Assembly (NCBI GenBank): GCA_963817895.1
Contig: CAWFQB010000005.1
Span: 32,001-96,000 of the forward strand
Direction of reading: 5' to 3'
Origin: an uncultured Chthonomonadaceae bacterium
GTDB lineage: Bacteria > Armatimonadota > Chthonomonadetes > Chthonomonadales > Chthonomonadaceae
DNA: 64,000 nt
The notes beneath the pieces were generated by a model. That model searched no databases. It worked only from the letters and a program-made list of their open reading frames with translations, and had not been told where the DNA came from. Both the position numbers and the translations under genes were made by a program. Positions 1 to 8,680 of this stretch are shown here, in pieces. Numbering within the stretch: position 1 is the stretch's first letter; each line of letters opens with the position of its first letter.

Positions 1-225
1 GGCCTGCCGATGGAGATGCTGATTCCGCGCATCCATGCCTGTCTGTCCGGCGGTTCGCCGGGTGAAGCCATCATCATCAACGCCACCAATCGGCGGGGGC
101 GGGCCATCGTGTGCAACGCGCGCTGCACGCCCCTGATAGATGCCCTGAAAAACATTCGCGGCGTGATTCTATTCATGCAGCAAACCGACACCGACCCGGC
201 GCAAAGGATGAAGGAGGAGGGATAA
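1..225 (+). CDS. C-terminal PAS-like part of a probable CheR-type/PAS sensor protein (truncated by window edge)
   Basis: Open frame from base 1: GLPMEMLIPRIHACL...INATNRRGRAIVCNARCTPL...RGVILFM resembles C-terminal PAS domains of CheR-PAS proteins. Confidence 0.5.
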   Translation, partial: GLPMEMLIPRIHACLSGGSPGEAIIINATNRRGRAIVCNARCTPLIDALKNIRGVILFMQQTDTDPAQRMKEEG

Positions 226-260
226 AGGATGAAGCGGACGCCCCCCTTGAAGGAGACACG

Positions 261-599
261 ATGCCGGAAATCAGCCTGATTGGTTTATACGATGAACTGA
301 TGAGCGTACATCACCGCGCTTTTGCAGGCGCGCGCTATAATGTCGCTTATCATGCGCTTGCCGCCGCGCTGCACTGCGCCGAGGACGCCTGCGACCTTGA
401 GCGCGTTACCGAAGTGGAACATTTGGCCTCGGAACAACTCGTCTGGATTGACCTTCACGCGCCCGCCTACGAACACTCCTCTCAAAACGCGAGTTCGCGC
501 GGTCACGCCAGCATTTATACCATGCTGTCCCGTCAGGCCCATGCCAAAGCGCTGATGCTGCAGCGCCGCCACAATAGCAGCCCCCACCCAACTTCCTGA
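261..599 (+). CDS. Hypothetical helical protein
   Basis: AGGAG RBS before ATG 261; MPEISL...YNVAYHALAAALHCAE...HSSQNASSRG. Confidence 0.6.
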   Translation: MPEISLIGLYDELMSVHHRAFAGARYNVAYHALAAALHCAEDACDLERVTEVEHLASEQLVWIDLHAPAYEHSSQNASSRGHASIYTMLSRQAHAKALMLQRRHNSSPHPTS

Positions 600-748
600 A
601 GGGTGGAATGAGAAGCAAGGGGATTTAGCCCCCTGCTTCGCTTCCCCTGATTTTCCGAAACATCCCCGCCCCAACGTTGTCTAATCCGGCAGAGACGCGA
701 TTTGTGTGAGACAATAACCACATCTTATTCCCTGCCCCGGAGCCTGTT

Positions 749-2241
749 ATGCCTGACCGACGAGACAACGATTTTGCCCGTATGCCGCATTTCCGCCCCG
801 CTGTATCCCGCCGCGAATTTCTCACCCGCGCCGGAGCCGGTTTCGGCAGCCTCGCCCTGTCCTTCATGCTGGCGCAGGAGGCAATGGCCGAGGGAAAAGG
901 CGAATAAGGAAAAGGGAAAAGCCTTCAACCCGATGGCTCCGAAGCCGCCGATGTTTCCGGGCAAGGCCAAATCCGTCATTTTCCTGTTTATGTATGGCGG
1001 GCCGTCGCAGGTGGACACGTTCGACCCCAAACCCGACCTGATTAAATTTCACGGCAAGGGGATGAACACGGCCCTGCATAACGTCGGCGAAATCAAAACG
1101 TTCGGCGGCGACAGCCACGCGCCCCTGATGCGCAGCCCGTACGAGTTCAAGAAGTACGGCAAATCCGGCATCGAAGTATCCGACCTGTTTCCGCAATGTG
1201 GCCGAGTGCGTGGACGATATCTGCTTCGTGCGTTCCATTTACGGCGACAGCAACAACCACGCGCCCGCGCTTTTCGAGATGAACACGGGTTCCATTTTGC
1301 AGGGCTATCCGTCCGTCGGCTCGTGGGTCACGTATGGGCTTGGGCAGCGAAAATCAGGACTTGCCCGGTTTTGTCGTAATGACCGATCATCGGGGCGGGC
1401 CGATTGGCGGCGCGCCCAACTGGTCCAGCGGCTTTATGCCCGCCACCTATCAGGGAACCGTGTTCCGCGCGTCGGGAACGCCGATTCTCGATCTGGCTCC
1501 CGGCCAGGGCGTATCGGGCGAAGAGCAGCGGACCAGTCTGGACTTGCTGGGCAAACTGAACGAGGAGCATCTTCGCGCCAATCCCGGCGACAGCGATCTG
1601 GAAGCGCGTATCGCCGCGTATGAATTGGGCTACCGGATGCAGGCGCATGCCCCCGAAGTGGTAGACATCAGCAAGGAAACGGAAGCGACAAAGGCGCTGT
1701 ACGGGCTTGACAACGAGCGCACGGAGAAGTTCGGGCGCAAGTGCCTGCTGGCGCGGCGGCTTGTGGAGCGGGGCGTCCGGTTCGTGCAGTTGTACAGCGG
1801 CGGCGGGCATGGCGACGATACGTGGGACGCGCACGGCGACATCGTGGGCAATCACGGCAAACACGCGGGCGACACGGACAAGCCCATTGCCGGCCTGCTC
1901 AAGGATTTGAAGCAGCGCGGCCTGCTGGATTCACCCTTGTCGTGTGGGGCGGGGAGTTCGGGCGTATGCCGATTTCGCAGGGCGGCAAGGGACGCGACCA
2001 CAATCCGGGCGTGCAAACCGTCTGGATGGCGGGCGGCGGCATCAAGGGCGGCACCGTCGTCGGCTCTTCGGATGAAGTCGGCTACAAGGCGGGCGAAGAC
2101 CCGTACCATATCCGCGACCTGCACGCCACCATTCTGCATTGTATGGGCTTAAACGACCTGAGCCTCACCTACCTGTACAATGGCCGCTACCAACGCCTGA
2201 CCACGAACGGCGGCAACCTCATCAAAAAGGCGCTGGCATAA
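749..2241 (+). pseudogene. DUF1501 family Tat-exported protein, split by ~4 frameshifts (~890, ~1197, ~1343, ~1935); probably sequencing indels
   Basis: SRREFL Tat motif; [63 protein letters not shown] distributed over successive frames. Confidence 0.85.
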
Positions 2242-2271
2242 ATCATACCACAGGTAGCGCCGATAGCGCCA

Positions 2272-2300
2272 TTGACGCGCCGATTATCTTTTGCTATAAT
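2272..2300 (+). promoter_or_regulatory. sigma70-type promoter of TA operon
   Basis: TTGACG-N17-TATAAT with extended TG, followed by a hairpin at 2302-2337. Confidence 0.7.
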
Positions 2301-2373
2301 GGAGCCGGAGCCGCTGACAATCAGATGGTTCCGGCTCAGTGTGTTAATGATGGCAGTACAAGCGACAACAGTT

Positions 2374-2604
2374 ATGCAGCAGATTACGCTGGAAGAGGCA
2401 ACTTTGCGCCTGCCGCAGTGGATTGCCGAACATGAAGCAGGCGAGGAGGTTGTTATTACGCGCGATTGCCAGCCTGTTGCCCGGTTAATCGTGTTGCCGC
2501 AAACGTCACCGCATCCCAAACGCGGCATCGCAAAAAACATGAACATCTATATTGCCGATGACTTCGATGCGCCCTTAGAGGATTTCAAGGAGTACATGCC
2601 TTAA
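2374..2604 (+). CDS. Phd/YefM-like (DUF2281-type) antitoxin
   Basis: MQQITLEEA...GEEVVITRDCQPVARL...IADDFDAPLEDFKEYM; directly upstream of a PIN gene. Confidence 0.85.
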   Translation: MQQITLEEATLRLPQWIAEHEAGEEVVITRDCQPVARLIVLPQTSPHPKRGIAKNMNIYIADDFDAPLEDFKEYMP

Positions 2605-2986
2605 ATCTTCTGCTGGATACACATGCTTCCTGTGGTTCGTTCTGGACGCCCCGAAGTTGAGCGCCACTGCCGCGAATACGATTGAAGACACGAACAACAC
2701 AAGTTTTCTGAGTATTGTCAGCGTGTGGGAAATGGCAATCAAAGTCAGCATCGGCAAACTATCTTTTCCACAGCCATTGGATGTGTTTATTCCCGACCAA
2801 CTCCAACGTAATGGCATACACTTATTACCTGTGCGCCTGCCTCACGCGCTGCATGTGGCGACACTGCCATTTCATCATCGTGACCCCTTTGATCGTTTGT
2901 TGATTGCGCAAAATTTGGTGGAACCAATGCCTGTTGTCAGCGCGGATGCTATGTTTGATCGCTACGGGGCGCATCGCATCTGGTAG
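2601..2986 (+). pseudogene. vapC: VapC/PIN toxin with frameshift near 2627 and no canonical start codon
   Basis: NLLLDTHA / LWFV...SIVSVWEMAIKVSIGKL...HHRDPFDRLLIAQ. Confidence 0.8.
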
Positions 2987-3159
2987 CGTGAAAACCGTAG
3001 CAGACGCGGGTGACTTTCCGGTACAATATTCCGGCGCGTTCTCTCTGGCCTGTGGCGTAGCAGGAAACAGGCGCAGAAAACGCGAATCTATCGCTGCAAA
3101 AATCACAGCGGCGGAGCGCGCTCGTTGCGCCGCCGCTCTTTAAGGGAGAACAAGAGAAC

Positions 3160-3639
3160 ATGCAGAAATCATGGATCGCTTCGGCGCTTTCCGGGCTGAT
3201 GCTGGCGCTGGTCGTGGCCGCGCCCGCCGCCCCGCCCAAAAAGCCCACAGCCAAAAAGCCTGCCGCCGAGGGCAAAGTCGTAACAACCCCATCAGGGCTG
3301 AAATATGTGGATTTGAAGGTCGGCACGGGCGCGACGCCGAAAGCCGGACAAATGGTTACGGTGAATTACGTCGGCACGTTGTCCAACGGCAAAGTGTTCG
3401 ACGCGACTTTCAAGCATGTAGACCCACAACATCCGAAGGGGCAGCCCTTTGAGTTTACCATTGGCGTCCGGCAGGTCATTCCCGCGTGGGATGAGGGCGT
3501 CTCGACCATGAAGGTCGGCGGCAAGCGCAAACTGACCTGCCCGCCCAACCTTGCCTATGGCGAACGGGGCGCAGGCAGCGACATTCCGCCCAACGCCACC
3601 CTGACCTTCGTAGTGGAACTGCTCAAAGTCGGCCCATAG
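3160..3639 (+). CDS. FKBP-type peptidyl-prolyl cis-trans isomerase with signal peptide
   Basis: TPSGLKYVDLKVGTG, VNYVGTL, VIPAWDEGVSTMKVGGKRKL, IPPNATLTFVVEL. Confidence 0.95.
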   Translation: MQKSWIASALSGLMLALVVAAPAAPPKKPTAKKPAAEGKVVTTPSGLKYVDLKVGTGATPKAGQMVTVNYVGTLSNGKVFDATFKHVDPQHPKGQPFEFTIGVRQVIPAWDEGVSTMKVGGKRKLTCPPNLAYGERGAGSDIPPNATLTFVVELLKVGP

Positions 3640-3676
3640 TATGTGGCTGGCAGACGGCAACTCGTGAGTAACCGAA

Positions 3677-3714
3677 GCAAGCCCGGAACAGTAATCGCGC
3701 TGTTCCGGGCTTGC
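3677..3714. terminator. 15-bp perfect hairpin after FKBP gene, likely terminator
   Basis: GCAAGCCCGGAACAG-taatcgcg-CTGTTCCGGGCTTGC. Confidence 0.65.
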
Positions 3715-4131
3715 GTTGCTAAATCAACGATACAAATACGCCGCGTTCGCGTCTAATTTCATACAGGGGTGGAACACAGCAGAAACGTGAGCGCGGACGC
3801 GCTTGCGTTTGTTTGCTTTTACCTTGAAAGGCGCTAAAAGTAAGCAAGTCATCAGGCAAGCGCGCCGTGAAAAAATTTCTCAAAAAGTCGTTGTTTGCAG
3901 CCATTTTGGAAACAATGGCTTGAGAAATTTCCGTATGATTCATTAGCGGCAGATGTTTCTCCTTCCACGCTTTACACTGTGTTCATGACCTTTGCGCAGC
4001 GGTAAGCGTGGCGCGGAACGAACGTCTTTTCTTTCGGGAACAGGACAGCGCGGACATTGCGTAGCCCTGCCTTCGCCGCCTGGCCCGAAACTCATACTAT
4101 CGAACATCAAACGCAGGGAGAGATAACAATA

Positions 4132-5655
4132 ATGGTTTCGACACGATGGCAAAAACGAATTCCGAGCGCGTTGCTGGCCGGCACAATCATGGGAACCGGC
4201 GCGCTTGCTTTGACCGGACTGCGGGGCAATGCCGGCCCGCAAAACACTCCGCCGCCCGTGCAGCCGAGCGCGCAGGTGCTGAACATTCAGGACGCTTTTG
4301 AAAAGGTTGCCGACAAACTGCGCCCGTCCGTAGTCTATATTCGCAGCCGACAAATGGTATCCACTGTCGCCATGCAAGGCGGCGAAGATAATCCGTTCGG
4401 CTTCGCGTTCCCGCAGGGTCCGGGCGGCGGACGTCAGTTTCCCCGCATTCCACAGGGACAGGGTATGCGCCGCGCGGAAGCCAGCGGTTCGGGCGTGATT
4501 GTGTCCAGTGACGGCTACATCATTACCAACGACCATGTTGTCGCGGATGCGGACCGCGTCACCGTTCGATTGCAGGATGGGCGCGAGTTCGTGGGCAAAG
4601 TGCTGCGCGATCAGCGCAGTGACCTGGCCCTGATTAAAGTGGAAGCCAGCAACCTGCCCGCCGCCGAGTTCGCCAATTCCGATGGCGTAAAGGTGGGGCA
4701 GTGGGCCATTGCTTTCGGCAGTCCGTTCGGCCTGAGCGATACCATGACGGTGGGCGTGGTTTCCAGCACCAAACGGCATGAAGACATCGGGCGCGGCGCT
4801 GACCAACGCCTGTATCCGAGCCTGATTCAGACGGACGCCAGCATCAATCCGGGCAACTCCGGTGGCCCGCTTGTGGATGTGTATGGCCGCATCATGGGCA
4901 TCAACGTCGCCATTGAGTCGCCGAGTGGCGGCAATGTCGGCATCGGCTTCGCGATCCCGGCAAATCAGGCGCGTTATATCATGGAGCAACTGCGTAGCAA
5001 GGGAACCGTCACGCGCGGCTACCTGGGCTTCATTCCGCAGTCGCTAAACTATGATATGCAGCAGCGGTATGGCGTCAAAGAGGGCGCTCTGATTACGCTC
5101 GTGCAGGCGGGCAAGCCCGCTGCGCAGGCCGGTTTGCAGGTCGAGGACGTGGTTGTCCGCTACGACGGCCAGCCGGTTACAGATGAGGCGACCCTGCGCG
5201 AACTGGTGTCCCGCACCACTCCCGGCAAGCAGGTGCAGCTTGTGGTAAAGCGCGAGGGCGCGGAAAAAACGCTGACAGCAACGGTTGGCGCATCGCCCGC
5301 AGACAAAGCGGCGACCCCCGCTCCCACTCCTGCCCGCGAACATGCCAAAGGCAAGTTGGGCATCAGCCTGGGCAACGCCAGCGACCCGCAGGCTCGTGAA
5401 GCGGCGCATCTGAGCAGCGCCATCAAAGACGGCGTGGTGATTGTGGAAGTGCTGCCCGGCAGCCCCGCCTCGGAAGCGGGCCTGTTTCCAGGCGACGTTC
5501 TGGTGCGGCTCGATGGCAAAAACATAACCAGCGAGGCGCAGGTCTCCGACATCGCGGGCAAGCTGAACAGCGGGGCGTCAGTCCCCGTCATTGTCAGGCG
5601 CGCGGCTCAGGACGGCACAATGCAGACCGTTCTGGCGACGGTTACAATCGAATAG
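4132..5655 (+). CDS. degP: DegP/HtrA (Do) serine protease with two PDZ domains
   Basis: GSGVIV, ITNDHVV, SDLALIK, IQTDASINPGNSGGPL, two PDZ repeats; GGGAG RBS. Confidence 0.95.
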   Translation: MVSTRWQKRIPSALLAGTIMGTGALALTGLRGNAGPQNTPPPVQPSAQVLNIQDAFEKVADKLRPSVVYIRSRQMVSTVAMQGGEDNPFGFAFPQGPGGGRQFPRIPQGQGMRRAEASGSGVIVSSDGYIITNDHVVADADRVTVRLQDGREFVGKVLRDQRSDLALIKVEASNLPAAEFANSDGVKVGQWAIAFGSPFGLSDTMTVGVVSSTKRHEDIGRGADQRLYPSLIQTDASINPGNSGGPLVDVYGRIMGINVAIESPSGGNVGIGFAIPANQARYIMEQLRSKGTVTRGYLGFIPQSLNYDMQQRYGVKEGALITLVQAGKPAAQAGLQVEDVVVRYDGQPVTDEATLRELVSRTTPGKQVQLVVKREGAEKTLTATVGASPADKAATPAPTPAREHAKGKLGISLGNASDPQAREAAHLSSAIKDGVVIVEVLPGSPASEAGLFPGDVLVRLDGKNITSEAQVSDIAGKLNSGASVPVIVRRAAQDGTMQTVLATVTIE

Positions 5656-5658
5656 GGA

Positions 5659-5716
5659 GGTGGAGAGTGAGAGTGGAGAGTGCAAGTCTTTTCTCTCACT
5701 CTCCACTCTCACTCTA
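5659..5716. repeat. Inverted pair of GAGAGTG heptamer arrays (hairpin)
   Basis: ggtggagagtgagagtggagagtg...ctctcactctccactctcactct. Confidence 0.8.
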
Positions 5717-5746
5717 CTGGATGCAGTAAGAAAGTAAGGCAGTTCA

Positions 5747-5962
5747 ATGACACAGATGGTTCCAGCGTCAACGGAGGGTACGACGGGTCTACCGCACAGA
5801 GCCGTGCGCGTACCGGAGTGGGTGTATTACTTTACGGATGAGCAGTTTGTGACCTGGTGCAAACAGCACAAATTAACCATCTGTACGGAAATGCGGTCGT
5901 TCAGCGAAGATGAGCGGGCCGCTATTTTCCGTTACATGGTGCGGCAGAGACTGTTTAATTAA
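5747..5962 (+). CDS. Small hypothetical protein
   Basis: 71-aa ORF with AAGG RBS, bracketed by repeat hairpins. Confidence 0.55.
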   Translation: MTQMVPASTEGTTGLPHRAVRVPEWVYYFTDEQFVTWCKQHKLTICTEMRSFSEDERAAIFRYMVRQRLFN

Positions 5963-6019
5963 GTGAGAGTGAGAGTGGAGAGTGAGAGTAAATAGTGTTC
6001 TCTCACTCTCCACTCTCAC
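5962..6019. repeat. Second GAGAGTG inverted heptamer hairpin between convergent genes
   Basis: agtgagagtgagagtggagagtgagag...ctctcactctccactctcac. Confidence 0.8.
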
Positions 6020-6081
6020 ATTGTTCCGGCTCCTTGTAGTTGTAAATGTAGTCGCGAGAGTATAAGTGTTATCTCTCACTC

Positions 6082-6357
6082 TCACAATGTTTGCGCGTTC
6101 GGCTCGTAAATGTGGGATGAAATCGTGGTTTCCGTGCGGCTTTGCGCGGCGGGTATTGTGTGTGTCATGTTCAACAGTTTGACGAGCCGAATGGCGGTAC
6201 TCGGAACCAGAATCATGTCGCCATTGTCTTTCTGAACTTGAAGCCAGCCATCGCCTAACGCCAGCAGCGTACCCGTATCGCTGCGCTCGTCGCTCCCTAC
6301 CGATGTCAGCACCGTTATGTGCTGCCCCTTGAATGTGTCCAGCCAGGAACTTTCCAT
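6082..6357 (-). CDS. Small hypothetical protein, possible Sm/LSm-like fold
   Basis: GAGGGAG RBS; helix followed by five short beta strands (ITVLT, TGTLLAL, WLQV, MILVP, AIRLV). Confidence 0.65.
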   Translation of the reverse strand: MESSWLDTFKGQHITVLTSVGSDERSDTGTLLALGDGWLQVQKDNGDMILVPSTAIRLVKLLNMTHTIPAAQSRTETTISSHIYEPNAQTL

Positions 6358-6435
6358 GTTCGCCCTCCCTCTTCACTGTTTCAGCCAAAGTTGTTTGAAG
6401 CCGTTTCTTCCAATGATTGTTAATTCTTCACAACG

Positions 6436-6497
6436 GACGCTTGTAGCGGGCGGCTTGTTCCGTGATTCAACGGAACCTCGCTCGCTTGCCCCTCGTC
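6436..6497. promoter_or_regulatory. Back-to-back ECF-sigma-type promoters GGAAC-N17-CGTC (minus 6436-6461, plus 6472-6497)
   Basis: Both motifs are exact and each points into one of the two divergent genes. Confidence 0.6.
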
Positions 6498-6585
6498 TTT
6501 TTCCTGAAAGATATTAGATAAAAGATAGAAGATATAGGTAAGAGGCACAAGCCGAACACCTGAACACCGAACACTGGAGAAGACC

Positions 6586-7503
6586 ATGTTAGCCCACCGA
6601 ACGATTTACGCTACGTTTGCCAACGAGCGCGACGCGGAACGAGCCGCCGGCGCGCTGATGGATCACGGCGTGAGCGCGCAAGCCATCAGTTTTGTGCTGC
6701 CCCACGAGAACAATTCCCCGATTGTGGCCGGTACGCCGCATATTCCCGGCGCGCATCGCGCTATTCCCAACGACCTTCCCATTCCCGATATGCAAACGTC
6801 CGCTTCGCCTGTCACTGCGGGAATTGACCTGAATACAGGTTCGCGCGTGGGCGACGATGTTACAGTCGCGCGCAGCGCGTCGGGCTATCAGTACGACGCT
6901 TTGGGCGCGGAGATTCCCGACGCTTCCCCTGCGGTTCCACCGACAACGGTTCCCGTCGCCTACGTTCCCTCTACAGACCGCTATGACGCTATTCCCATCA
7001 ACACGCCCCTGCGTTCACACCCGGACATTCCGCAAACGGATATTCCCGCCCTTGCCGGCAACGCGTCTCTGGAAGCGGTTTCCGATGACCGCGCCCACAT
7101 CGTGGATCAGCAGCGCGTGGACACGGCTGCCGCGCATGGCATCACCACGACAACCGGACGCGACGCGGCAAAGGGCGCGGTAGGGGGCGCGGGCATTGGC
7201 CTCGGGCTGGGCGCGCTGCTCGGGCTTGCCGCGATTGCCATACCAGGTGTCGGGTGGGTGGCGGGCGCGGGCGCGATTGTGGCGGGACTGGCGGCGGCAA
7301 CGGGTGCAGCGGGCGCGGTTGCCGGGGGCGCATACGGCTTTCTGGCTGACATGGGTTTGCCGCCCCACATTACGCAGCATCTGCAAACCCATCTGGAATC
7401 GGGTGGCCCCGTCCTCAGCATCCACCTTCAGGACAGCAAACCGGAATCCGAACTGCTGGCCCTGCTCACCAAATACGGCGCGACCTCGGCGCAAGCGTTT
7501 TAG
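6586..7503 (+). CDS. General-stress-protein-like membrane protein with glycine-zipper hairpin
   Basis: IYATFANERDAERAAGALMDHGV N-terminus; GAVGGAGIGLGLGALLGLAAIAIPGVG...LADMGLP. Confidence 0.75.
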   Translation: MLAHRTIYATFANERDAERAAGALMDHGVSAQAISFVLPHENNSPIVAGTPHIPGAHRAIPNDLPIPDMQTSASPVTAGIDLNTGSRVGDDVTVARSASGYQYDALGAEIPDASPAVPPTTVPVAYVPSTDRYDAIPINTPLRSHPDIPQTDIPALAGNASLEAVSDDRAHIVDQQRVDTAAAHGITTTTGRDAAKGAVGGAGIGLGLGALLGLAAIAIPGVGWVAGAGAIVAGLAAATGAAGAVAGGAYGFLADMGLPPHITQHLQTHLESGGPVLSIHLQDSKPESELLALLTKYGATSAQAF

Positions 7504-7505
7504 GA

Positions 7506-7613
7506 GGTAGATAGGTAGGTGGGTAGATTGGTAGAGAGTAGCCTGACATTGTGGTTGGTTCTTACGTAAGTTACTCTGTTATGTTCAGTTCTACCCACCT
7601 ACCTATCTACCTC
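7506..7613. repeat. Inverted GGTAG-rich octamer arrays
   Basis: ggtagataggtaggtgggtaga ... tctacccacctacctatctacc. Confidence 0.75.
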
Positions 7614-7625
7614 ACGGAGTGACCA

Positions 7626-8651
7626 ATGAGCCGATACCTGCGGGCCGCGCTGCTGGGCGCAGCCGCGTTTGCCATTCCCACCGCGATCAATCTTGTGCTG
7701 GCGCGGCAGCGGCGCGAACTCGTCAGCGGCTTATCGGGCGAGGGCTGCGAACACTACTGGCCGTTCGGCAACATCTATTACGAAGTTCGGGGCGAAGGTT
7801 CGCCGATTGTGCTGATGCACGGGATCGGCGCGGGCGAATCGTCGTTTGAGTGGCGGCGCAATTTCGACGCGCTGGCCGAACATCACAAAGTGTATGCCTT
7901 CGATCTGCCCGGTTTCGGCAAGTCGGCGCGACGGGACATGGCGTATACGGCGGATTTGTACGTGACGGCATTGCAGGACTTTCTGCGGGACGTGGTCGGG
8001 GAACCGGCAATGGTAGTCGCCAGCAGTTTGAGCGGCGCGTATGCTGTACAGCTTGCCGCCATGCGCCCGGAGTTGATAGAGCGCCTGGTATTGATTTGCC
8101 CGACCGGACTGGAAAAACTGCGCGAACGCAAGCCGATTGCAAGTCAGGCCGCGTATGGCATTTTCAGTCTGCCCGCCATCGGCGCGTCCCTGTACAACGG
8201 CATCGCCTCCTACAAGTATATCGAGAGTTATCTGCGCGAAAACGTGTATGTAGACCCCGTATGGGTCACGCCCGCGCTTGTGGAACACTATTACCAGTAC
8301 GCGCATCAGCCCAACGCGCAATTTGTCCTCCGCTCATTCCTGTCTGGCCTGCTCAACTGCGACATCACGGAAACGTACCCGCGACTCGCGCAGCCAATTC
8401 TCGTCTGTTGGGGCCGCTACGCCCGCGAAACGCCGGTGGAAAACGCGCAGCGCTTCCTCAAAGACAATCCCAACGCCCGCCTGCGCATCCTCGAGAACAG
8501 CGGCCTGTTGCCCAATGACGAAGAGTGGGAAGACTTCAACGACGCCGTTCTCACCTTCCTGAGCGCCAGAGAACTGCCACAACTCCTGCCATCCCCTGCC
8601 GCCGCAATCCTGTCCGCCGCGTCGCAGGAACACGTATCGAAAAACGTGTAG
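7626..8651 (+). CDS. Alpha/beta hydrolase fold protein
   Basis: PIVLMHGIG, FDLPGFGKS, VVASSLSG. Confidence 0.9.
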   Translation: MSRYLRAALLGAAAFAIPTAINLVLARQRRELVSGLSGEGCEHYWPFGNIYYEVRGEGSPIVLMHGIGAGESSFEWRRNFDALAEHHKVYAFDLPGFGKSARRDMAYTADLYVTALQDFLRDVVGEPAMVVASSLSGAYAVQLAAMRPELIERLVLICPTGLEKLRERKPIASQAAYGIFSLPAIGASLYNGIASYKYIESYLRENVYVDPVWVTPALVEHYYQYAHQPNAQFVLRSFLSGLLNCDITETYPRLAQPILVCWGRYARETPVENAQRFLKDNPNARLRILENSGLLPNDEEWEDFNDAVLTFLSARELPQLLPSPAAAILSAASQEHVSKNV

Positions 8652-8680
8652 ACGTTTCAAAACTTAATGGGGTATGTTCA

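Noticed and set aside
4037..4063. ECF promoter upstream of degP (GGAAC-N18-CGTA)
   Set aside because: Spacing and -10 differ from the exact motif; plausible but unsupported
3943..4989. 348-aa antisense ORF, and similar long antisense ORFs (11701-12948, 16916-18274, 44698-46470)
   Set aside because: Mirror frames of well-supported genes in GC-rich DNA
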